Source of the DNA: Podarcis melisellensis
Taxonomy: Eukaryota
NCBI GenBank assembly: GCA_964234715.1
Contig: OZ174277.1
DNA length: 64,000 nucleotides
Strand: one strand, 5' to 3'
Made by a program: the position numbers and the translations under genes. The notes under the pieces were generated by a model, which did no database searches, had not been told where the DNA came from, and worked only from the letters and a program-made list of their open reading frames with translations. Positions within the stretch are counted from its first letter, which is position 1, and every line of letters starts with the position of its first letter. Shown one piece after another: positions 1 to 11,289 of this stretch.

Positions 1-126
<126 letters not shown>

Positions 127-1254
127 CTAGCATAAATAAATAGCAGAATCAGTGGATTGCAACCAAGTGGACTGATGAAAACCAGGAGACGTTTGAAAAA
201 ACACAGCACTTAATGCCTTGGTTTGTTTATTTTATTTGCCTCTTTTAACTAATGCTCATTACTCCCACACTCATTTGTAACACACAAACAGCATTTACAC
301 TTATAAAACCATTAAAGAACCTGTTGATATAGCTATACAAAACACAGTATCTTCTGCCAGGCATCCCTTCTCTACTCTTTACATTTTGGGGAGGGCTGGG
401 GCTTGTAATGTGCAGTTAGCCAATCTATCTTCCACTTAATATGTACTTATTCGCTCTGGCACGCAAACAAGTATGCAGACTCCAATTATAAACAACAGTT
501 TCTAAAAACTAATTTAAAATGGCAATAATAAGGCCTTTTTTCACTGCTGAAGTGCTCTGACATTGATATAAAAAATTAAAATGAAAGGCCAAGTCTCTTC
601 CAAAATAGCCACTAGCTGAAGGATCATTTAGCTAGTAATTCCTAATTCAGGTGCTGTAATGCCAGGGCTTCCTGTGATGGAGATCAGTGGTCTCTTTGCA
701 GAACAAGATATACAGTCAAACAAGATTCAAAATGAATTATAACCAATTTTGAACATACTAAGGTGATTCAGTGAGTTTCTTTATTGAAAGCCTTACATAT
801 GGTGGCCGACTAGAATGAATCTTGCTTTATGCCGTACGATATCAAAGCCCGTAAGTCTTAGAGCTGCACAATGACATTTTTCTGTGCTTGTGATGAGAAA
901 GAAGTGTATACCTTGTGAATTCTTGCAAACTAAATTCCAATACTGCATATACCAGCTCTGAAACACAGGTGCATATGACAAAACAGACACTTGTGCATTT
1001 TTCACAGAAATGGTATACTGAGATGTATCGTCTATAGCTGTAGTGGAAAGACATAATTATTATTTATAGTTCTAATATCTATATGCTAGCCAAGAAAATA
1101 CTTACGCACATATGCTCAATAAATCCAGAATAGCCCTGGTTCTTAGACTTGGGTGCTGCTAACACAGCGGTCTGACTTCACCCCCAGAGGCGCACTCCAT
1201 TGTCTCTCCAGACAGATGGATGCCAACGAACACCAAGACATAAGTATTTCTTAC

Positions 1255-1464
1255 CTGTGCTAAACCTCCAATCTCCTTAACACAGACATACAGCCTGAAA
1301 AGATCTAGTGGCTTCTTGCCTACAGCAGGCAGACTGGCCACAGGCGTTCCCCTCTCTTCCATGAAGTTGAGATACCGATCCACCCACATTCTGCGCTCTG
1401 GTTCGTTTCCCAGCTCATACATTTTTGTGATCTTCTCTCCAGTTGTGGTAGACGAATTTGATTT
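1255..1464 (-). CDS. ARID1B: ARID1B coding exon, 210 nt, phase 0-0, encoding the N-terminal part of the ARID DNA-binding domain ([70 protein letters not shown])
   Basis: Acceptor CTTTAG|AAATCA and donor CAG|GTAAGA on the minus strand. The peptide matches the ARID1 ARID domain ([13 protein letters not shown]). Confidence 0.98.
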
Positions 1465-4119
1465 CTAAAGCAAAAGCATTTTTTAAAAAAGCATTGGGGT
1501 AGGGGGCAAGAAGGGAAAAGATAGTAAGAAACTCACAATGGTGACAAAGAGAGGATGTTAAACTAAAGCTATCACACAACAGGCAGGAATGAAGGCTACT
1601 AGTTCAGGCACAAACAATACATTCTGTCCACATGCTGCAGTTTGCTCATCTGATTTTGTAAAACAAAGGGCCCAAACTCCCCCTTTTATGATTTTTTATG
1701 TTTTGCCCTTATACATGAACTTTGGATCTCAGAAGGCAAGTTTCTGATGATGCCTCAAGTCATTCATAACGTAGCTTCATTAAGCTATATGATATAGGAG
1801 GAAAACAAAAAAGATTGCTTGGAAATTCACCTTAAAATGAATGCCACCAGATATGAGAGTGAAGAGCTAAGGGTGGGAAACCTACACTTCTGAAGAAATC
1901 ATCGTAGAATGTAAGAGGTCAAATCAATTGCTATACCTGGCTAAAAAGTTGGTAAAAGTAAGTCAACATGGTTATTAAAAATGTTCTCACTCAATTGCAG
2001 GGCATGAGCTGTCAAAAGTACCTTTCTAGGGTCTTCCTATGGTCTTCTGAGCTCGATTCTAATTCTGTGTTGTTTATGAAACCCTAACTGTCTTGAGTCA
2101 TTCAAACATGACATATCATTTCTTCCCCTACGTCCCTTTGTACCACCTGCATGTGAAGTTGAAGGGGCAAAAACTCTTTAAAATGATTATAGCAATAGTT
2201 GCTTGATGTTGGGGCAGTTGCCAAGGTCTCATCTTGTTTCACTGACTTCCCTGCTTGGGATGGAGTCCATTGTTTTTAATTAACCAAATCACCTTGGCTC
2301 TATAAAACTTTTTTGCTTTATATACAAAATTCTCATTTATTCACAGTGATGCTTCTTATGTAAAGTTGTTGGTCACATTCTGAAATAAAGGACAGTATCA
2401 ATTTGCTTTTAGCATATTTACCAAAGGGACACTTATTAATTACTTAGGTTGAATTGGGGTTTACTAGATGCAAATGGAGGGTTGCAACAGGAGAATGTGG
2501 CACATCTTATTGCCTTTCCTACTGCTTAATTTAGGAGGATATTAATTCTTTATCAACTTTGCCCTTAAAAACAATTGCATAGTAAACTATTTTAGTGAAT
2601 TTTTAAAAATGCAAAAAGGGCTATAGATATTTCACATATATTCACAATATCATTTTGGATATGTCAATATATTTGGAATGCAGGGAAGCAAACAAAGAAA
2701 TGATTTATTGCCCCCGAACAACTAATTATTGCAGCCAACATTACTATTGTTAATTAATTTTTTATATTTCTTACTTGTGATTCCACATGCTCAATACTTG
2801 CAGCACATGTTATCCCTTAATAATATAACCCTTAATAATTTTTCACTCAGCTGCCATTCCAATTGCCTATTACAAGAAACATTCAGACTTAATGGCCAAA
2901 CAAAGGTTTTTCAATTTTACCCAGTGAAATACTTCTTCTTATAAAGCTATATCATCAAAAAAGGGGAAGTAGTTTACCGTCTTTTCTTTGCTGGGCACTT
3001 GTACTGTCTACATAAAGAAAAGTCACTTTTCAAAGAGATGGCAACAGGCCACAAAGTGACAACATAATCTGAAAACATTACTATTTACAGAAGGAAAGAA
3101 GGGCTTCTCACTGCAGGAGCTTTCAGGCTGTCAAGCTCAGTGAAGTGGGTGCAATTTTCCTCTAAAATGAAATATTAACTTCAGAAGAATAAGGAAAAAT
3201 CTTTCCACAGAGGGCTTGATTTCTACTGTCTGCACCCCACAGCTAAAAACATTAAAAATTTCACATTTTGCACATGCAACTGCTCGGTCAAGCACAGATT
3301 ACAGAAGCTTTGTATGGCCAGATTCTGCCTATAGAACATACTTCCTTCAAGTAAAGTTTTATACTTCACAATTCTAATATTTATTGCATTGTAAAATTGA
3401 TAAACTATGAACTGAAATCACTGCAAAAATCAAAGCTGGAGTAAATAGTAAAAAATAATGAATGTAGCCTCAAATGGTTTTGTTGATGTGCAGTAAAGTA
3501 ATTGTGCTGGTATTAAGTTAACCAAAAGTATTGCTTGATTAAAGCCTTCTGAAACAAGATGAGTAAATAATATAATTTCTGTATCAGATGTGTGTTATCC
3601 AGTATTTAAAACATTTGTAGTGAACGATTTTTTCCAAGTGTTCATGCAACACACCTCTGCAAGCATGTGCATCTAGCAATAAATAGTCACAGCTGAACTA
3701 CAGCAAATTTCAGTGCACATCAATTCTTGAGTGTCTGAAAAATTCTGAAGACTGCATAGCCTTCATTGGGGGAGCATTCACCATCCTGTAATTTGTATAT
3801 GTTATTGTGCATGTCCAAAATCCATAGACTATCTTGCATATATCTGGTCAATTTCCAGAATGGTAGCTAAACTAGTGATTGTTTATTATAACTATTATAG
3901 TGTTGTCCACATTTACTAACTTATCTCTGTATATCTGGACATTAATTGAACACATGGGGTATTGTTAACATTCCCTGGTGATTGCTGGCTATCTTACATG
4001 TTCACTCTGTTATATATTAATGGGGAAAATGACTCTCATTGTGTGAGGCAGAATTTGTGTACACAAGAAAGGGTGCACACTTCCCCCTGGAGGGAAGCAA
4101 TGTGTATCTCTTCGAATAT

Positions 4120-4266
4120 AGGAAGATACTTTATACTAAGACCAGGTCTAGCTTAGTATTGTCAACACTAGAAGCTCTCAGGTGTGAGTCTTTCCCACTT
4201 CTACCTGGAAACACTAGGGATGAGACCTTTTGCATGCAAATCATGTGCCACTGACCAGCAGCCCTT
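4120..4266 (-). mobile_element. Decayed tRNA-derived SINE (Squam2-like)
   Basis: GGAAGATACTTTATACTAAGACC..TCTAGCTTAGTATTGTCAACACT...CTACCTGGAAAC...GACCTTTTGCATGCAAA...CCACTGA. Confidence 0.55.
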
Positions 4267-5638
4267 CTCGGTATGCCTTCGGGGTACTACAGATACTTGG
4301 CTTTGTATACTGATGATACCCACAGTGAAGAATTTAAGAGTTCCGAATTTGTGTGCTCACACACATATTCTCTCAAATATGCCATTTATTGCTATTCTAT
4401 TTATGTACACAGAGTAAACATAAACTGATCCTATTAACAGCAGAATTGAAGATACCCAGTTTGAAATTCTCTCAGTAGATAATTACTCAACCCAGTGTCT
4501 TCATATTTTCCTCAAAAGCATGCCAGCTCTAGAACTCACTCTCTGCTAGAAATATGTGAAGAATCTGACCAGATGTTGGATATGGTTTTTGGTATCTTCC
4601 AGCCAATTGATATAAAGAATACAAAGCTGCTATCCTGAACACCCAGATCTGATAATTGATAAGGTTAGTAAAATCTGATAACCAGATAATTTGGTAGCCC
4701 AAATATATCTATATAGTTTAGCACCCTGGTCTTAAATTTGCTTCTTTGAAATAATTTTCACTGAAATCAAAGGATTATGGTAAAAAGAAGAATATATACC
4801 TAACCCAAGTTATTTCTTTTCTGGTTCCTTATTACTTTTAAACTCAATCAAATCATAGATATGTCTTCGGAAAAAGTTTTACAATAAATTCTAAGAACTA
4901 TATCTGAAGTGAGTGTTTACTCTAAATTGAAAACAGAAAGGTAATTACTCCCACCTTCTCTATCCCAAAAAAAATCTGAAATGGTTCTCTTTAATTTATG
5001 CGGAAACAAAACATGCATTTCTAACAGGCTCCCCTGGGGATGAATAACAGCTTAAAGAACTCATGAATACATATTTTCTACTGTAAAGATGTTCTGCATT
5101 TCCAGAAATATTTAAAAAGACTGTCTATGCACTTAATGCCTCTCTGTGCCCATTTAAGAAAAAGTAAAATACTCAAGAAAATACAATAAATTTCTTCTTT
5201 GTAGAGTTGTCCATTTAGATAAGCATTCAGGCATGGCCAGTTTTGACATTAGAGGGAACACATACCACCATATGCCTTCTGAGACTCAAAGTCATTGCCC
5301 TCTTTCCCTAGTTCCTCTCTACTTTTGTTGATATTTTCACACTAAGGGCTATGAGCACATATCTCCAAAAACCCTCTAGAACATAATGCACTTATTTAAA
5401 ATATTAGTTACCTCCTTTTCTTTTTGCATGTGACTTTTGTGCTGGTATTCATTTTGCCCACTGATAAAAGCTTAGCAATCTACTCTTAGAGAAACAATTT
5501 GCCTGGAAATATTGTTTTTCATGTTTGGGACACCGGATTGTTTTAATCTTCACAAACCAAACCAGATAAACACATGGCTGTCATTAAAAGCAGCAGCTGT
5601 ATGTATATCAACCCTGACCTTTTCCATAATGTCTAATA

Positions 5639-6120
5639 CAAAGTTGGGGAACCTTTTTCAGCCCAAGGGTATGTTATCCCATAGACAACCTTCTGGAAGT
5701 CACGAGTGGCGTCAAAATAGAAGTGGGTAAGGGTCACAGTGGGCACCCAAATGTAGACCATATATCACACCCACCCCAGCCCAAAGCAATTAGGCTTGAA
5801 AGGGGAATTCTAGTTTTTACATGCCTGATTGCCAGCGAGAGTGATCTTAATGGAGATTGCAGCTGGGTTGATGGAGACTGAACACAGCCATTGTTTGGCA
5901 CCGCACCAGCAGGAGGCTATTTTCAAGTCCAATTGCAGCAGGTGAAGGTGGTGAGTTTTGGAAGTGGAGCTGTAGTGTGTTCCTTCTGGTGCGGCAATTA
6001 GGCTTGAGAATAGCCTTCCTGTGGCTCCAATGGAAGGTTATTTTCAAGCCTGTGTGTGTGGTTTGGTTGGGAAAGCCCCTCAGTTTTCATCTGGTTCATG
6101 GGCTGGCAGCTTCCCACTAG
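5639..6120. mobile_element. Degraded non-autonomous hAT-Charlie-like element with internal direct and inverted repeats
   Basis: Start CAAAGTTGGGGAACCTTTTTCAGCCCAAGGG. The GCAATTAGGCTTGA motif recurs in both orientations. No clear TSD. Confidence 0.5.
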
Positions 6121-6862
6121 TACATGTGCCTTAATATAATCATATTCAGTGTTTCTCTGCCAATGGCCACCAGTGATATGGAGTGGTACGGGGAAATGCA
6201 GAAGACTAGAAAATCGGGGGAATTGGTATGTCCTTGTATTAGACAGCATGGAGGTGGGAACTAGACCTGGTGCTGCTGTTTTGGGAGTCAGCTGCATGTC
6301 TTTTTCTAAGTTTGGATCAAGTATTTGTCTGATGAAATCAGATACTAATAAAATATTTTTAAAGAAAATATCTTCTTAGATATCATTCCCCCATCCAAAC
6401 CCTTTATACAATATTTTCTCTTATTGTCTTCTGGAATTTTCTTTTCCATTAAGGTGTCCTGGTGAAAATTAGGATTTAACTGAAGACCCTTTAGTATGTT
6501 TAGTGATCATTGCAACTGAACATCCTATTCTTCATGCTGTCAGGACTCCAAGATTTATTTAAAATAAGTTATTTATTTGTCTAATGAAATTGCAGTGGTT
6601 AAATAAAACATGTTAAGATTTTAGGAGGAATTCAACATTATGATCGTTCTGTCAGCAAAAGCACATCGGCTTGCTAAATGGAACAAATTATCTTCTCCTC
6701 CCCACCCCTGCATTGTTCTGGGGTGTGTGTGTCTCCCAACCTCCCAGAGCCAATTTGGGTCGGGAGCATGGGGGGTACAAGAGGAGAATATGGGGTAGAA
6801 GCCCCATTGCATTAGCAGGACTTGTGCTGGCTTTCACTAGCACAATTGTTTAGTTGAATTAA

Positions 6863-6920
6863 AGAACTGTAGAATTGGAAGGGATCCCAAGGGTAATCTA
6901 GTCCAACCTCCTACAATGCA
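6863..6920 (-). mobile_element. CR1 LINE extreme 3' end fragment
   Basis: AGAACTGTAGAATTGGAAGGGATCCCAAGGGTAATCTAGTCCAACC resembles the reverse complement of the CR1 3' terminus. Confidence 0.65.
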
Positions 6921-7683
6921 ATTTGAATCCATAGCAGACCCTGCTTAGATTTGCAAAATGTGCTAGAAGTTTTATTTCAGCGTCATCCTATTCAAAATCA
7001 TTTTGTTTTTAATGAACAAATACTTCTGAAACTACAATGCTGTCTGAAGACTACATGTGTTTTTTAAGTGCAAGTGGATACTGTCAATTTGAAAAAGTAG
7101 CTTTCCTGTAATGTATAAATACAATTTTATCCTGTATAATATTTTTATGACAGCAAACAGGTTTGAGTATTTGGAGATTATGATTGCTCCAAACTATAAT
7201 GTACACTCAGAAATCACCCAATTCCTCAAGAAAGGAGAGTTTTATTCCTGTTTTTAGATGGTAATGCTACTCAACACCCAAATGGGGGGGAAACAATTTT
7301 GCAAAGAGTTTGGACCCAGTAACTGAGACAAAATGTCCTTAACCAACACAGTTAGCATGCTCTGTAAGCTGATGCATTATGAGAAATATGTTTTCTTCAC
7401 AACATCTGCTGTATTACAAGAAAAGCCAACTTCTGTGATATACATAAATTTAATCTTCTTTTTATATAAAAGGACTGGACTAAATTTTGCCCTCAGCCAA
7501 GCAAGCTCTGTTCCCCACTAGAACCGAGTCAAACAATGAGCTGCAGGAACATAACTTAGGGCAGAATTTAGCCTCCTCTGTCATTACAAAGAAAGAAAAT
7601 CCTTTAGTGGATAAATAATGAAGGAAAGAATCTATAAAACAAACAAGCAAGCATTAAAATATAATAAGTACAAAAAAACCAAA

Positions 7684-7847
7684 NNNNNNNNNNNNNNNNN
7701 NNNNNNNNNNNNNNNNNNNNNNNNNNNNNNNNNNNNNNNNNNNNNNNNNNNNNNNNNNNNNNNNNNNNNNNNNNNNNNNNNNNNNNNNNNNNNNNNNNNN
7801 NNNNNNNNNNNNNNNNNNNNNNNNNNNNNNNNNNNNNNNNNNNNNNN
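7684..7847. other. Assembly gap (164 N)
   Basis: Run of n in the sequence. Confidence 1.
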
Positions 7848-7863
7848 GAGAGATGTAGCTATC
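7848..7863 (-). CDS. ARID1B: 5' end of an ARID1B exon (DSYIS...), truncated by the assembly gap; probably the alternatively spliced DSYSSQ...PKTPSSP exon
   Basis: Polypyrimidine tract CTCTTTTTTTATTCCTCTACCACAG followed by GAT AGC TAC ATC TCT C, then Ns. Phase 0 matches the flanking exons. Resembles the start of the optional exon in the long ARID1B isoform as I recall it. Confidence 0.85.
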
Positions 7864-8609
7864 CTGTGGTAGAGGAATAAAAAAAGAGGACAAAGGCAGG
7901 GCAAACTTTATTAAAAATGAAAAAAATACATCCAGTTTAAACAGATTGACCATTCTTTTTCTTTTTAACTATATAAAACATAGAGAGAGAGAGAAACACA
8001 TAAGAGACACACACAGAAAACACATATACATGTAAATAAATAAATATATAGATAGATAATACGTAAATTATCAAAACGACATTATTATATAATTTGGAAA
8101 GTTTGCTGGATGCTTGGCTGAAGTCGCTATGCCACCATGCTTCCCTCAAGCTAAATGGAGTATCAAGCATGGGTTTCCCCTCATGAGATAAAGAGAAAAA
8201 AACAAATAAAGCTGCTCACCTTATTTTTATCAAATAAGGCAGGAAAGCAAAAGTATGCTGCTGCTGAAACGGCCAAAACAGGAAGCTATAACCAAAGATA
8301 GAGGAAATGGCTGCAAGTACCAAGGTAAGACCCCACCCCCCGCACCCAGTGGCGTAGCTCAATTTCCCCACAAGGTTTTCCGTATGTTCCCTTGCCCCCG
8401 CGAGTTACAATGCCATAAGAACTAGTAACTTTCAGATCCACACAATGAAGGGAAGAAAATAAAACAACATAAAAAAACCAGATTGCATGTGAATGGAAAA
8501 GAGCATGCGGGATAGAACAGAAAAGGGCAAGCTCAAATCAGAGAATGAAGGACAAAATAGCAGAGTTCTGCTGCGCCAAACCAACATCACATGCAGGTGA
8601 GGGAAGTAC

Positions 8610-8716
8610 CTTTTTGCTCTCAAACTGAGGAGGCCCATCTTCTTTTCCATCTGGCTTGAGAGGGATGGGCAGTTTGGACTCGCCTGGAGTCATCATATCT
8701 GCAAGACCCATAGGGG
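8610..8716 (-). CDS. ARID1B: ARID1B coding exon, 107 nt, phase 1-0 ([A][35 protein letters not shown])
   Basis: Acceptor TTTGATTAG|CCCCT and donor AAG|GTACTT. In frame with the exon at 20279-20424. Similar to human [25 protein letters not shown]. This reading frame is not in the ORF track. Confidence 0.95.
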
Positions 8717-9372
8717 CTAATCAAAAACAGGAGGTATGATTTAGCATCAAGGTTGACTTCTCGGTGTGTCAAAAACTGATGATACAAGAAACTGGAATAT
8801 ATCAATACTCCATCTTTTATAGAGTCTGAGAAGTCCTTTAGATCTCACAAGTTAAGTGCTACATGTGCAATAGGAGAAAATGTCTCCAAATTAGTACACC
8901 CACATAATCACTCTACAAACTGAAACACAGTTTTAAGGTCTAATTTTAATATCTAATTATTGAGTGACTCACTTTAATAAACTGACAGCAATATAACCCA
9001 AACCATATATGCTTGCCATGGTAATGCTGAAAAATTCATTAGGTACCTCTTGGATTTGTGGAGTAACAAACTATGTTTGATTCTTGTCACTTTCTCAAGC
9101 ACAAATGTTTGCATTATGAAAAGCTATTTTGGTTACTAGCATTTTAGCAGTCACCATACAATGCATACTTATTATGCAATAATACAGCACCCCAGAGTAT
9201 CTAGGCCCAAGGCTGAGTTTATAGCTACCTGGAGAGTGGCAGTATAAGAGAAACTGATGATTTGGTTTTCATGAGAGCATTTTCAGTGCTGGAATAGGTT
9301 CCTTTGTACTTTCATAGATGTGAACAAGCACCAGTTGACTTATGGTCAATTTGGATGTTTACTTCATAAGTT

Positions 9373-9595
9373 TAGGGCTGCCATACATCCAGAATTTCCT
9401 GGACATATCTGGGAGTTGTCTGCCGAAAATAGTGTCCAGGGGAATTTTCAGAAATCTGTTAAAATATCCGGGAAAATCTGGGCATATGGGGGCCCCACAC
9501 TGGAATTTTAAAAAACCCAGCTTTTGTCTAAAAAAGCTCAACAAATTTGCCAAAAAAGCTCAACAAATTTTCACTTTTTGAAATATGGCAGCCTA
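9373..9595. mobile_element. hAT (Blackjack-like) MITE
   Basis: Ends TAGGGCTGCCATA / TATGGCAGCCTA; TCATAAGT at 9364-9371 and 9596-9603; internal duplication of AAAAAAGCTCAACAAATTT. Confidence 0.8.
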
Positions 9596-10559
9596 TCATA
9601 AGTGTGAACAACAAACACAAGAAATACTCCTGCTTCTGTTTCCCTCTTAATGTCCCCATCACTGATAAACAGATCTTGCAGGTGGATTTGTGTTCTGACC
9701 CAAACTCTTGTGCCCACGGAACTCCTTTATGGGTCAGATTCATGTGGCAATGTTTCATATATGACTTCATTAGTGGAAAAACAGAAGTGCGAATGACTCT
9801 CACATCAGCTGTTCCAACTAATAAATTAAGGTCTGAATTGGCCCTTGTGGTATGTTATCTGAGTACCACAATAAAATCTGTATGATTACACTATAAAATA
9901 TCACATAATATTTCTCTGAGCCTCTTAGTTGCCAAATCCCAAGCCTACAACCTACTCAACTACATTCTTCAACTTGTAAATTATTCTGTAGATCTGTTCT
10001 GTGGCCGATGTGGGTATTCAGCTATTTTCCTTCTTAAAGAAGTCAGCTGGGAACATAGCTGAATGCTGATCATTCTCGTTCAGATAACACTTATGCAGAC
10101 ACTTTCCAGAGGTGTGCCAAAGAAATGTTCATTTTATTCTCATTGTTTTGAAGGTGGGAAAAGTGAAGTATAGAGCTATTGTCACATTTTTCCTGAATTT
10201 CATGTTTCAAAGCCGAAAGTCAAAAGAAACATTCAAATCAATTATGTATATGGTGTTTTCTCTGTACAGTATAAAACTGTGTGAACAAACAGTGCAAGCT
10301 CACACTGTGGAATGAATACCTTAAAAACAACAATTTCTAAGAATGTACCACTGGACAAGTTACTGTAGTTATATATTGTTCTTGTATTTACATGAAAACT
10401 AGTAAAATTATTTGGGAAGGGGGGAATAATTTCTTAAATCCTCAGCCTACCACATCCCAAAGGTTTGAGTGAGAGCAAAACATCTTGATGATGTGATTCC
10501 AGAAACATCCCTTTCAGCATTTCCTGTCATGTCTCAGCCTTTTCACTTCTCTCTAAAAT

Positions 10560-10885
10560 GCCACTACACAAATCATTTGCCTTTCCCATTGCTTGATCCC
10601 CTCCTCAAATCTGTACATGGTTTCCCATACCCTCCTTCATCCAGGATGGACTTACCTTTATAGGTCTCCAAAACCTTGCCTTTTGGTCCTTTATTACCAA
10701 TTATTATATCCTCCAACTCTACCATTGTCAGTTACCCAAATGTTTCTTACTCTCTAATCTAACTTCACACATTTCCCCTTGCTGTCCCCATGCACCAGAG
10801 ACCCTGCCCAATATGTGCATAGTGTCATCTCTCTTGTTTGGTTAATCCATCCTGAAAGCTCACTTTTTCCAAGAGGCCTTTGCTT
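10560..10885 (+). mobile_element. Old L2 LINE 3' end fragment
   Basis: Pyrimidine-rich ...CCCCTCCTCAAATCTGTACATGGTTTCCC... ending CCATCCTGAAAGCTCACTTTTTCCAAGAGGCCTTTG, typical of L2 3' ends. Confidence 0.55.
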
Positions 10886-11222
10886 TAAACTGCTGCAAGG
10901 CAATTGCAAACTCAGATCTAAGTCCTGTTGAGTTCAATGGGCCTTACTCCTTAGTCAGTGTGGTTCAGATTACAGCCTAACTTTATACACACTCAATTGC
11001 GAATAAGCTCCCCTGAACTCAGTGGGACTCAATTTTGACTGGACACGTATAAATGATTGCATTGTAATATTTTAAATTTGCTGTTCGCATTCCTTCCTTC
11101 CTATTCTTGTCTCTGTCTCCTCCAATTTGGTGTATTTCCTACTATTCTAGAATACAAGCCTTGGGGGCATTTCACTTTCCCCCTTAAGAAATCTGCAGAG
11201 TACTATGTATACAGTTGCCACC

Positions 11223-11224
<2 letters not shown>

Positions 11225-11286
<62 letters not shown>
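11225..11286. repeat. (GA)31 microsatellite
   Basis: Perfect dinucleotide run. Confidence 0.99.
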
Positions 11287-11289
<3 letters not shown>

